From: Candidatus Zixiibacteriota bacterium
GTDB taxonomy: Bacteria > Zixibacteria > MSB-5A5 > GN15 > JAAZOE01
Assembly: GCA_043819555.1 (NCBI GenBank)
Contig: JBDREQ010000064.1
Coordinates: 1 to 64,000, forward strand
Reading direction: 5' to 3'
DNA: 64,000 bases
The notes under the pieces were generated by a model. The model was not told the origin of the DNA and did not search any database. It worked only from the letters and a program-made list of their open reading frames with translations. This document shows positions 1-9,364 of this stretch, one piece after another (the stretch's first letter is position 1; each line of letters begins with the position of its first letter). Position numbers and translations under genes: made by a program.

Positions 1-2093
1 GGATCGGACGCGGTAACGTCAAAACAGATTGAATCCGGGGCACATAAGACTACCAGAGAATCAAAACCGTTTATAACAGGCAATTGATTAAAACTCACGT
101 CGGCTGATATTTCGCAGGTCGTCTCCGCGCAATCATTCGAAACGGTGACATTAAATGTATAAACTCCGCTCTGGTCGGCATAGAAGCATATCTGGCCATT
201 CTCATAAGTCGCGCCTTCTTCGGCAATGGTGACAACGGCATCAGTTGGAAGAATATTCAGAGGCAAACAGACATTATCGGGAGCGCACAGATTGATATTT
301 GAAAGTGGCGGACATTCTATCGACGGCGGCGTGCCGATTATAACGGTTATGACCACCGAATCGGTTGGACATTTTGAAGGCGGCTCGCCCCGCAAACAAT
401 TATCGGTAACATAATACCCAAACACATAACGCGCGGAATCCACGTTGGCCGGAAGAAAACAATGTCTCCCCTCACCGTCAGCCGTTGGGGTGAAAATGCC
501 GGGGCCGGATGTATTTATAATCTCGAGCTTATCATCTATATCGGGATCGGAAGCAGTCACGTCAAAACAAATTTCCTCAACGGAACACAAGTAAATTAAT
601 GAATCAAAAGTATTGATAGTCGGTTGTTTATTCATATCGACGTTAAAAACAATCTTTGCCGTATCGGCGCCGCAGTCATCTGAAACTTCAACCTGATATT
701 CATAAATACCTTCAATATTTGTGGTCAGACACAAAGCTCCGGTATTTGGATCAATCGTTACATTGGTATTTTCAGCCTTACTAATCGGGATCAAATCAAG
801 ATTATTCGGATCCTGCATCTCTCCGTCAAGCAACGTATAAGTCAATAAATCACCATCTGGATCCACGGCATTGACATTGTAGCAAACTTCAATGAAGGCG
901 TCGCAGGATGTTATCGCGGTGTCTCCATCATTTGCGGCGGGCGGTTGATTGAACCCGACGTCAATTATAAGAGAATCGAATGTTTCATCGCCTTTGGTAT
1001 CGGCAGCTTTGAAAACGGCAACGAATTGGCCGGGATCGGCGGGTGTCCAGGTATAATTGCCATAAACCGGAGAAGTTCCAGGTGTAGTTGAAAGTATCCC
1101 CGGACCGGATATTTGAGTGATTGTAATGATGTCGTTCGGATTTTGATCGGTAACGGTAATAAATTTGGAAATCTCTACACCGGGACAGATACCCAAATTG
1201 GTTAAACTTCCCAGAGGAGGATTAAAAACCGGTTTATTATTTCCGGCGCAGGATAGAACTGAAAATTGCAGTCCATTACCTTCATAGACATAGCTCCCGC
1301 TAAATTCACTACTGGAAGGTAATTCCCCGATTTTATCATAGGTTGCACCCGGCAACGGTACTGGTGTATAGGTTGTCATATTGGCGCCGCGCCCTGAGGT
1401 GGAATCCTGATATTTATCATAAATTCCGGCGTAGGTATCTTCAAAATCGGGTAAATACGATATCGGGATTCGCTCTTTCCCAAGGCGGAGTTGATCGGCG
1501 TCAAACGGTGACAGATGTCCGGTTGCCCAGATATTGAAATCCACCGCGCATCCATCAAAACATATTCCGACGGTATCATAATTATCGGTAATGGATTCGA
1601 CACGGGCTAAATCAATGGTAATGTCCCACCATATCTCGTACAGGTTTTCGGCAACTGAATCGGGATGTTTGACCCAGCCCCAGCGGTCGTTCTTAATGTA
1701 ATCAGCAGAAGACTCAAATCCTATCGGCCAGACATTGACGTCCGGCGCCGGTTCCTGTTCAAGCTGAACGAGAATCGATCCATGGAAATGTTCATATTGC
1801 ATGCCGCCGGGGACAATTATCCCGCAAATATACCATTTGTTTGATGTACTATCAAGAAAGACATAATAACCGACCATCCCGGGCGTACTCAATGTTTCAA
1901 ACGGAGGACCGCCGATGAAATGTTTGGAATCCAGGATGGTATAATTCGGTGGTGGGTTGGTAACCTGATTTCCCATCGTGGGATCATAGAAAAGGGAAAG
2001 ATCGTCATCATCTGCATGAGCCGTTGATAGTGGAACGGTCAGGATTAAGATTAATAAAAGAATTTTTGGGAATCTATTGCCGGAACTAAACAT
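1..2093 (-). CDS. Large secreted/surface protein with Cys-containing cadherin/Ig-like repeats (partial, runs off left edge)
   Basis: Not in the ORF track because it has no stop in the window. Manual translation from ATG at 2093 gives a signal peptide (MFSSGNRFPKILLLILILTVPLSTAHA) and reads open to base 1. Repeated units: 'N.pP.....DSL..LC....ICFDVTASDPD', 'VCYNVNAVDPDGD'. GGAGG RBS upstream. Confidence 0.85.
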   Translation of the reverse strand, partial: MFSSGNRFPKILLLILILTVPLSTAHADDDDLSLFYDPTMGNQVTNPPPNYTILDSKHFIGGPPFETLSTPGMVGYYVFLDSTSNKWYICGIIVPGGMQYEHFHGSILVQLEQEPAPDVNVWPIGFESSADYIKNDRWGWVKHPDSVAENLYEIWWDITIDLARVESITDNYDTVGICFDGCAVDFNIWATGHLSPFDADQLRLGKERIPISYLPDFEDTYAGIYDKYQDSTSGRGANMTTYTPVPLPGATYDKIGELPSSSEFSGSYVYEGNGLQFSVLSCAGNNKPVFNPPLGSLTNLGICPGVEISKFITVTDQNPNDIITITQISGPGILSTTPGTSPVYGNYTWTPADPGQFVAVFKAADTKGDETFDSLIIDVGFNQPPAANDGDTAITSCDAFIEVCYNVNAVDPDGDLLTYTLLDGEMQDPNNLDLIPISKAENTNVTIDPNTGALCLTTNIEGIYEYQVEVSDDCGADTAKIVFNVDMNKQPTINTFDSLIYLCSVEEICFDVTASDPDIDDKLEIINTSGPGIFTPTADGEGRHCFLPANVDSARYVFGYYVTDNCLRGEPPSKCPTDSVVITVIIGTPPSIECPPLSNINLCAPDNVCLPLNILPTDAVVTIAEEGATYENGQICFYADQSGVYTFNVTVSNDCAETTCEISADVSFNQLPVINGFDSLVVLCAPDSICFDVTASD

Positions 2094-2517
2094 CTATCCT
2101 CCAGAGCTTATTTTCAAGGCGGAATTCCATAGATTTATATTTTTAATCCTAAGGCGTAATGTCACATTTATCAGCTACTTGGAAACTACTCCTTACCTGA
2201 TCATGTAGCATACCAGATGCGTAAATTGAAACTTTCTTCAGCAGTAAAAAAGCACTATCAATCGGTGGGGATGAAGTGCACTACTTTAATCGAAATATAA
2301 ATGAAACGGAAGATATGTCAAGCAATTTGTGGCTTTGATAAACCACAATACCACGTTGATTTACAACAGATTACAGGGATTAATAAAATCTACGCTTTAC
2401 TATGGCAAGTTTTGAACATTTATGGCGCAGGCCTGTATTGATTATATTGATATTTACCCGGCGTATCAGGGCCTATGCATACTATTTCACAATATTAACG
2501 GGCCGCCTATTTTTCCT

Positions 2518-3684
2518 TTACTGCTCCTGCCTTTCGCGTTCGGAGATGCCCTGAATCCAGTTTACTCGACGATCAAGCTCCTTTTGATTCAAATAATTCC
2601 TTGGAATGTTCATCTTACCGGTTTTTGGATCGGGCTGGGGGACGCTATTGGACGGCGACTTATCCGTAATGAACATCAAATTCATATCTTCGTCATATCC
2701 AATATATGTTCTCTGGATTTCGACAACTCTAAAGTCTCCGAATCCAATCCCAAGCTTATTGCCTTTATCCGGATTATCTGATTCAAAGCACAAACTGATT
2801 CGTGAAATAGCCGGTTTATTCTTTCTAAATTCGAAACTAAACTCAATAGTGTCAACCGGCGTAACTGGATTGTTGTAATCCTCTGACTGATCTTTGATTT
2901 CAATATCGTCCGAATGATCTATCCTAAATCGTATTCCGGAATCATAAGCATGAAACGGCGATATACGGCAGACAACACGGCGATATCCTTCTTCATCAGC
3001 GGCAGGAAAAAATGAACTCTCTATCAGAAAATACCGGCACCTATTACTATTATCTTCGACTTTTCTCATATCTAATAATCCGTTTATCCCAGGATTATGA
3101 GGATGCCAGATATATAATAATGATTCGGCCATAATCTCAGGTAATGGCCCCAAATATGTATTATACTCACTATTTAGCCCCTCAGAATTCATCGCGAACA
3201 ATGTGCTATCATAACCAATATTAATATCCGCGCGCAAAAGGCTGAAACCTCTACGATCAAAATGGCGACTTGCGAATTCAAATTCCTCATCAACAAAGGG
3301 ACGAAAAACAATCGGTAAAATCCCGACACGCATCGGCTTTATCATAAATTCGGCTATCAGAGTATCGCCCACCGAAATCTTTTCAGGAAAATCGAAGCGC
3401 ATCGGATATATCTCAAACGATTTATCATACCCGAATATTTCAATATAAGCGCCTTTGTCCCACGAAAATTCGCTGTAATACTCAAGTGTAATTTTCGATT
3501 GCTGATTGTAGGCCGGAAGCGGATCGTAGCTTATTCTACCAATCTGTGTCGAATCGACCGGACATGTTTTGCATCTCTGTTTTATATAATACTGCTCAAT
3601 CGGATGCCTGATAAAATCGCTCTGCGCCATTACACCAGACGCCAGGAGCAACAAAATAACTATTTGATATATGTACATAATCAT
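2518..3684 (-). CDS. Hypothetical secreted protein
   Basis: Long ORF with signal peptide (IVILLLLASGVMAQ). The track's TTG start at 3732 coincides with a TTGACA -35-like box, so ATG 3684/3678 is preferred. Confidence 0.7.
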   Translation of the reverse strand: MIMYIYQIVILLLLASGVMAQSDFIRHPIEQYYIKQRCKTCPVDSTQIGRISYDPLPAYNQQSKITLEYYSEFSWDKGAYIEIFGYDKSFEIYPMRFDFPEKISVGDTLIAEFMIKPMRVGILPIVFRPFVDEEFEFASRHFDRRGFSLLRADINIGYDSTLFAMNSEGLNSEYNTYLGPLPEIMAESLLYIWHPHNPGINGLLDMRKVEDNSNRCRYFLIESSFFPAADEEGYRRVVCRISPFHAYDSGIRFRIDHSDDIEIKDQSEDYNNPVTPVDTIEFSFEFRKNKPAISRISLCFESDNPDKGNKLGIGFGDFRVVEIQRTYIGYDEDMNLMFITDKSPSNSVPQPDPKTGKMNIPRNYLNQKELDRRVNWIQGISERERQEQ

Positions 3685-3829
3685 GAGCACACCTATATTA
3701 TAATAATTTAATATATTTTCTGAATATGTCAACTCACTATTGCCTGATTATGAATATGGGCTGATAAACCAAGATTATTGCCCTTCGATTTTAATCCGAG
3801 AGTGGGTACATCAAATAGTGCCATTCATA

Positions 3830-3870
3830 CAAAAAAACGGCCACAATAAAATAAACTTACTGGGCCGTTT
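3830..3870 (-). terminator. Probable intrinsic terminator after pspC/liaF-like operon
   Basis: AAACGGCC...GGCCGTTT inverted repeat (long loop) followed by a T run on the minus strand. Confidence 0.4.
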
Positions 3871-3894
3871 AAGAATCAATCTCGCTTTTTTGGA

Positions 3895-4800
3895 CTAATA
3901 AAAATCTATCGAAAACTGGGATATCTCCGGTGAAAGCTCAAGTTCAATCTTATTTGACAAAGTATCAAATCCGGGATTGATGTAAGTGTCTTCGACCTCG
4001 GCAAATCCAATTCTTTCAAACAAACGGCGCAAATCATCGCTGTATCCGGTTACTTTTATACCGCTGCCCTCAGGGGCGTGAAGAGAATAATTGCCGCCAT
4101 TACCATCAAGTGATACTTTAATATATTCTGGTATATTGCCTATATGTATATCGATACGTCCACTAACGGATTTTACATAAAGTTCCCGGAGATCCAATAA
4201 TTTGCAGTCAAGGTCCATGTCCGATCTACCACCGTACAATTTCATGTTTAACGGCAGGCCATCGGCAACCCTGATATTCCATTGGTCATAAGAGCTGCGA
4301 TAGTGAGAATCGCTCCATCCCCACAACCGCTTTTCTTCGGTGATATCGATTTTAGCAATGCCGCCAGAGGCATCATAACCGATATCCGGTTTGTATTTGC
4401 GGCGGTTGAAACGCCCGTTGAATAAATCGGTGGCGGATTTTTTCAAATTGATATCCACGTTTTTGATATCAACGGTCATTTCTATGCCGGCAATTTCAGT
4501 GTCCTTTTCAATTTCATATTTATACGTATCACCTCGGCGTGTGAAATCCAAATCTGAATAAGATGAGCCTATCGCTACCCATAAGACGATCCCGGCAAAA
4601 AGCACCGGCGCCAGGTACGAAATGAAAACGGCTTTCGATTTGGCGAAGATTTTTTCCACGCCGATCGCAATTAAAATAAGCGGCCAAAGGGCGGCAATAT
4701 CTTCCCAGGCATACCAGTCGATAACTCCAAAGTTTTGCATAAGGATTAGCCCGCCGGCCAAAATAAATAATATCCCCCATCTAAACCGAGCCGGAGTCAT
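3895..4800 (-). CDS. LiaF/LiaI-like (DUF5668-type) membrane protein with C-terminal beta-rich domain
   Basis: N-terminal 'WGILFILAGGLILMQNFG...LWPLILIAIG' LiaI/LiaF-type TM motif; overlaps the pspC-like gene. Confidence 0.7.
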   Translation of the reverse strand: MTPARFRWGILFILAGGLILMQNFGVIDWYAWEDIAALWPLILIAIGVEKIFAKSKAVFISYLAPVLFAGIVLWVAIGSSYSDLDFTRRGDTYKYEIEKDTEIAGIEMTVDIKNVDINLKKSATDLFNGRFNRRKYKPDIGYDASGGIAKIDITEEKRLWGWSDSHYRSSYDQWNIRVADGLPLNMKLYGGRSDMDLDCKLLDLRELYVKSVSGRIDIHIGNIPEYIKVSLDGNGGNYSLHAPEGSGIKVTGYSDDLRRLFERIGFAEVEDTYINPGFDTLSNKIELELSPEISQFSIDFY

Positions 4801-5293
4801 GAGATCCCCCTTTCATTTCCTGATTATCCTTTTCCTCTCGCCTTCGGCGATTGCCCCATCGAAATATCAAAAATATTCCTATCAATATAAGCAAGGCCGG
4901 CCAGAACTGCTCAAAATCCCACCACCAGAAATTATTTTTCAATAGAAAGAAAACTCCGATACCAATTAAAATAGCGCCCGGAATATATTTATTCCAGCCA
5001 ATATACTCTGTCTTTCGGGGTTCGGGGACCGGGGACTCTTTGGCTTCGGCCTGGATTTCCGCGGTTGAATCAACAGTCTCTTGAGGGATGATAATCCAGG
5101 CGATAATATAGGCCAGAATTCCGACACCGTCGGCGAACACCAAAAGCACGGCTATGATGCGTATAAAGGTCGGATCGATTCGAAAGTATTGCCCTAATCC
5201 GCCACAAACGCCGGCAATAGTTTTATCCGTCCGAGAACGATAGATTCTATTTTCCAAAGATGCCTCCCTTTCCTTGTTTATTGTACCTGTCAT
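4781..5293 (-). CDS. pspC: PspC domain protein with LiaI-like C-terminal TM segment
   Basis: 'RIYRSRTDKTIAGVCGGLGQYFRIDPTFIRI...YIIAWIIIP' is the PspC signature. Confidence 0.9.
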   Translation of the reverse strand: MTGTINKEREASLENRIYRSRTDKTIAGVCGGLGQYFRIDPTFIRIIAVLLVFADGVGILAYIIAWIIIPQETVDSTAEIQAEAKESPVPEPRKTEYIGWNKYIPGAILIGIGVFFLLKNNFWWWDFEQFWPALLILIGIFLIFRWGNRRRREEKDNQEMKGGSHDSGSV

Positions 5294-5298
5294 TTACT

Positions 5299-5324
5299 TA
5301 CGAAAAACCTGCCAAAAAGTTGTC
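5299..5324 (-). promoter_or_regulatory. ECF (SigW-like) promoter for pspC-liaF
   Basis: Minus strand GACAAC-N16-CGTA, matching the SigW-type AAC-N16-CGTA spacing, immediately upstream of pspC. Confidence 0.65.
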
Positions 5325-5342
5325 TAATAATAATTCTGCGAA

Positions 5343-6011
5343 TCAATCACCACGCTTCAGGGGAACAAATCTAACGGGATACAAATCTTTAATGCTTAGG
5401 CGGCCTTCCATATTTTTTGAAGCCAGTTTAAGACTCTGAACATCGACGCCGACAGGAACAATCAATTTACCTCCCCGATTGAGCCGGTCAACCAATGAAT
5501 CGGGGAATTTCTCGGGGGCCGCAGTCACGATGATGGCGTCGAATTCCGGCGGGCTTTCCGGTATTTCGAGGCCATCTCCGACATAGAATTCAATATTGCC
5601 ATAACCAAAATTTGCCAATATTCCGCGCGCCTGTTCGGCAAGTTCGGATACATACTCGACCGTATAGACTTTTTTGAATAACCTTGAAAGAATGGCTGTC
5701 TGATACCCGGAGCCGGTCCCTATCTCAAGAACCGTTTTATCCGGACCCGGATCAATACTTTCCGTCATCGACGCTACAATATAAGGCTGCGATATTGTCT
5801 GGTTATATCCGATTGACAAAGGACCGTCTTTATAGGCTAAATTCAGTGAATTTTCGGGGACAAAAAGATGGCGGGGAACCTGCCTCATTGCTTCCAGAAC
5901 CAAAGGATTAGTCACACCCCGAGCCATGATTTGTTGAGCGACCATTTTCATCCTGGCGCGAAGATAATCTTTTTCAGAAGCGTCTGATTTTTTTGAAAAT
6001 CGCGAGAACAT
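5343..6011 (-). CDS. pcm: Protein-L-isoaspartate O-methyltransferase
   Basis: 'VPRHLFVP', 'QTISQPYIVA', 'VLEIGTGSGYQTA', 'FDAIIVTAA', 'VRFVPL'. Confidence 0.95.
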   Translation of the reverse strand: MFSRFSKKSDASEKDYLRARMKMVAQQIMARGVTNPLVLEAMRQVPRHLFVPENSLNLAYKDGPLSIGYNQTISQPYIVASMTESIDPGPDKTVLEIGTGSGYQTAILSRLFKKVYTVEYVSELAEQARGILANFGYGNIEFYVGDGLEIPESPPEFDAIIVTAAPEKFPDSLVDRLNRGGKLIVPVGVDVQSLKLASKNMEGRLSIKDLYPVRFVPLKRGD

Positions 6012-6037
6012 CGTACCCCTCTCAAAACCCCTATATG

Positions 6038-7246
6038 TTAATCGCTTATGTCAAGATTATTTATTCTATCTTTATAATCAATCAGATTTTGATTGTCCGG
6101 ATACATAATTAGCTGAGAATCTATCAATGCTTTTAGTGAGTTTAAATTTTCCACGGCCTCATCATAATACTGCTTTTCCCCGGTTATTTGATATAAATGT
6201 TTAGTGGCCAATATTTTCAAATATTGATTTTCTATGTTCTTTGAGGCCTGATCATATTCCGGCAAAGTCCGCAAGCTGTCCATTAGCTGTAATACCGGTT
6301 CGTTGAGACTTACTTTCGATATTGCATCACCAAACGTTCTTACTTCACCTGCCGACTTTTTGGATCGGGTTTTAATTGGTGCATAATTATCAAAAATCTT
6401 ATCGAGGCTATCGATAGAGGCAATTGTGAATCCATTTTCAGAATCATCTGCCGCAAATATTTGATCTTCCGTTCCTTTTTCACCGCGCGGCGGAGCCACT
6501 GCAAAGGACCTTATTCCTGATGAATTCAATTGTGGTTTGATTTGAGTTAGTTCTACTTTGATGTCCGTCTCCGGTGGCATTATTTCCTCGGCTTCTTTTC
6601 TATCAACAACATAATCCTGTCCATCTATTTGAATTTCCGTTTTAACCGGCGCAGGGATAGTAACTTTTTCTGCTTTCATTGACGTTTTTCCTGCTGATTC
6701 TTCCAAAACAGTTTTATCCTGTCTCTCTGTGATTCGTGAATCTTCAAGCGGTATTGATATCTCATCTTCCGTAATGGAATCCTGCAAGATATGCTCTTCG
6801 ACGGCAAGTGAATCCGCGTCGAACGGAGATTTAACTTTTGGAGAAAATATTTTCCTATTTTCTGCCGGCGACAAAATGTCAGTGCCATACTCCTGATATG
6901 CAATACGCCCAGCCAGAAAGACCACTGCGATTGCGGCCGCGGCCGTAAGATACTTCCGCCATACGGGGAAGATTTTAGCCGATTGAGATTCCTGTAATGG
7001 TCCCTTTAAAGATTTATTTTCAAGATTGGACATAATTCTGTTTTCAAGGCTGTCCAATATTTCTTCTTCAAATTCAGGCAACGATTGTTCGGCCATATCC
7101 CTGAGTCTGGCCAAACGCTCAAGCTCGGTGGCGAGATTACTATCTTTTTCCAGTGCATCGGCTATTTCTGCCATTTCCCGGGCAGACAATTCACCGTCGA
7201 GATATGCCGATAATTTCTCTGAGTATTTGGAATAGTCTTTTTCCAT
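6038..7246 (-). CDS. Membrane-spanning anti-sigma factor with large periplasmic domain
   Basis: 'LSAYLDGELS..E' anti-sigma N-terminus (no HxxxCxxC), one TM helix, directly downstream of an ECF sigma. Confidence 0.8.
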   Translation of the reverse strand: MEKDYSKYSEKLSAYLDGELSAREMAEIADALEKDSNLATELERLARLRDMAEQSLPEFEEEILDSLENRIMSNLENKSLKGPLQESQSAKIFPVWRKYLTAAAAIAVVFLAGRIAYQEYGTDILSPAENRKIFSPKVKSPFDADSLAVEEHILQDSITEDEISIPLEDSRITERQDKTVLEESAGKTSMKAEKVTIPAPVKTEIQIDGQDYVVDRKEAEEIMPPETDIKVELTQIKPQLNSSGIRSFAVAPPRGEKGTEDQIFAADDSENGFTIASIDSLDKIFDNYAPIKTRSKKSAGEVRTFGDAISKVSLNEPVLQLMDSLRTLPEYDQASKNIENQYLKILATKHLYQITGEKQYYDEAVENLNSLKALIDSQLIMYPDNQNLIDYKDRINNLDISD

Positions 7247-7247
7247 T

Positions 7248-7829
7248 TTACTCCAGTAAATCCTTCAATTTTTCCACCAGTGCCTTTCGCGCCCGATATA
7301 ACCTGGAATCCACCGTTCCGGGAGATATGTTGAGACGTTTTGCGATTTCGTCATAACTGAGCGATTCAAAATGCCTCAGTATAAATACGGCTCGATATTG
7401 CTCAGGCAGTTCTCTGACAGCTTCCAAAAATCTGCGGTCGTTTTCAGCAAGCTGGAGACTTTCCAGCGGATCGGGACCGGCGTCTAATCGTTTATCATGA
7501 CTCGGTTCAAGACTCGTTTGACGGTCGTTTCTTTTAATGAAATTGAGCGCCTGATTTGTGGCGATAGTTGACAACCAGGGATAGAATGGTCGCGTTTCAT
7601 CAAAGCTATCGAGCGCCTGCCAGCCGCGAATAAAGCTGTTTTGAACAATATCCATGGCATTATCCAAATCACCGACCATACCGATTACCATGCGCAAAAC
7701 TCTCTTCTGATATTTTTTTACCAAATAACCATAAGATGCCTTATCACCGTTTCGCGCCCCAATTATATAAGTGGCATCTTCCGGACCCTGTTCCGTATTA
7801 GTTACCGGTCTGTCTGTACTTTCTTCCAA
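7248..7829 (-). CDS. ECF RNA polymerase sigma-70 factor
   Basis: 'DIVQNSFIRGW', 'FYPWLSTIATN', 'LSYDEIAKRLNISPGTVDSRLYRAR' (regions 2 and 4). Confidence 0.95.
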   Translation of the reverse strand: MEESTDRPVTNTEQGPEDATYIIGARNGDKASYGYLVKKYQKRVLRMVIGMVGDLDNAMDIVQNSFIRGWQALDSFDETRPFYPWLSTIATNQALNFIKRNDRQTSLEPSHDKRLDAGPDPLESLQLAENDRRFLEAVRELPEQYRAVFILRHFESLSYDEIAKRLNISPGTVDSRLYRARKALVEKLKDLLE

Positions 7830-7832
7830 AAT

Positions 7833-8834
7833 TTATCGAGAAATTTCGCGAATTAAATTTTCGACCAGTAATCCTGGTTCCATACCGCTTTTGCGTATTC
7901 TGCGCTCGGTCATCGCAATTTTTGAAATTGCGTTTAGAGTCTCGTTCTTATTGTACACGGCGGCCTGCTTTGTCAGCTTGGAGATAAAAAACGGATGGTG
8001 GGCAAGCTTTTTCCCGGCGTGTATTTTCAACAGATACATCATATGCCGCGAGAGCAGAAACAGCAAGCCGGTCGGATTGGATCCCTTCTTTACCATATCA
8101 TTAAACGCGAATAACGCCCTGTCGCTGTTTTTTTCGGCAATCATATCAATCAATTCAAAAACTCCAAATTCCTCATGGGAACTGCTCAGTGATTTTATTT
8201 CATCAAGACCAATATGAGAGCCAGCATCCCTTGATATGGCAAGTTTGTCCAGTTCTCCCAAAAGACCCCCAAAATCTCCGCCAGTTAATGAAACGAGCAA
8301 ATCGACCGCATCGGCATCATGGGTAAATCCAAGAGATTCCATATGCCTGATTATCCTGACTTTGGCGCTCCCGGCCTTTAAGCGATTAAACTGCATCGGC
8401 TCGGCTATTTTAGTTATCCCTTTGAAAAAGGCGCTTCTTTTATCCAGAGCATAAGATCCCGGAGTTGAAAGGATGATGACCGTGTTGGGGGGCGGCGACA
8501 TCAAATAATCAAACAGCCGTTTATATTGTGGTGGTTTCAATTTTTGGATATTCTCAATAAAAATCAGGCGTCTTTCGCCCAGCATAGGAATTGTCGATAG
8601 TTCGCAAAATATCGCTTCAAGATCGGTTTTATCGGCGGAAAATTTCGCGCTGCTCAAAAGTTTCTGGCGGCCGGGGATATAATTGTTCAGCAGATATTTA
8701 TAAGCTTCAACTTTCCGAAAATCTTCTTCACCATAAAAATAATAAACGGGCCGAAATTTACCGGCCCCAATTTCTTTTTTAAGGGAATCGGAGTCCATAC
8801 ATAGAAAGTATGAACCGGAAGAGGCAATTGTCAA
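7833..8834 (-). CDS. holA: DNA polymerase III delta subunit (start may be ATG 8798)
   Basis: 'PVYYFYGEEDF', 'TIPMLGERRLI', 'GELDKL', 'VFELIDMI'. Confidence 0.9.
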   Translation of the reverse strand: MTIASSGSYFLCMDSDSLKKEIGAGKFRPVYYFYGEEDFRKVEAYKYLLNNYIPGRQKLLSSAKFSADKTDLEAIFCELSTIPMLGERRLIFIENIQKLKPPQYKRLFDYLMSPPPNTVIILSTPGSYALDKRSAFFKGITKIAEPMQFNRLKAGSAKVRIIRHMESLGFTHDADAVDLLVSLTGGDFGGLLGELDKLAISRDAGSHIGLDEIKSLSSSHEEFGVFELIDMIAEKNSDRALFAFNDMVKKGSNPTGLLFLLSRHMMYLLKIHAGKKLAHHPFFISKLTKQAAVYNKNETLNAISKIAMTERRIRKSGMEPGLLVENLIREISR

Positions 8835-9205
8835 TCAATTTTGGACTTTAAGGCCGGATTATTGGGCCTCGACACCCAATTCAGGGAATAATTGAGCCTG
8901 TCTCGGTATTCAAGAGCTTTTTGCAGAAATGGTGCAAGGGCGACATTACTTACTGAATTATTATTCACTTGATTTATCAGGTCGAAATTATTAGTGTACA
9001 ATTCAAGAGCTCGATTTGAAAACAATTGTGGATTGATCTCCACAAATTCCAGCAACGTCAATAGCGAAGCGTATTCAATGGCCATTCCATCGGCCTGATA
9101 CGGCGCTTTGAATTTTACTCCAATATCAGGAATATCAAAAGTCACTAGGGTATCGATACAATGGTTGGTTTTTTTAAGTCTGAAAGTGCCAAAATAAATT
9201 TCCAT
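8831..9205 (-). CDS. Small RNase H-like fold protein, apparently catalytically degenerate
   Basis: 'IEYASLLTLLEFV...LELYTNNFDLINQVN...LNWVSRPNNPA' parallels RNase HI 'AEY.AL...L.....IY.DS.LV.NQ.....I.WV.RE.N..AD'. ATG 9205 has a GGAGG RBS. Confidence 0.6.
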   Translation of the reverse strand: MEIYFGTFRLKKTNHCIDTLVTFDIPDIGVKFKAPYQADGMAIEYASLLTLLEFVEINPQLFSNRALELYTNNFDLINQVNNNSVSNVALAPFLQKALEYRDRLNYSLNWVSRPNNPALKSKID

Positions 9206-9230
9206 AAAAGTTTCCTCCGACCTGTTTAGC

Positions 9231-9246
9231 GCAATCAACATGCCTG
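9231..9246 (-). promoter_or_regulatory. Sigma54 -24/-12 promoter
   Basis: Minus strand CAGGCATGTTGATTGC (GG-N10-GC; consensus TGGCAC-N5-TTGC) about 26 nt before ATG 9205. Confidence 0.6.
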
Positions 9247-9364
9247 AAATTATACTGTGTTTTAGACAGCTAAGTTGTTCCCTGACTGGATATTACGGAA
9301 ACCTAAATTAAGGATAGGAAACGATGGTTTTAATTAATGCAGATTGTTGCGAATATTGAATAAT

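Noticed and set aside
2094..2420. Riboswitch or attenuator in the leader of the large surface-protein gene
   Set aside because: Only a weak GCACT/AGTGC stem with a T run; no recognisable riboswitch consensus.
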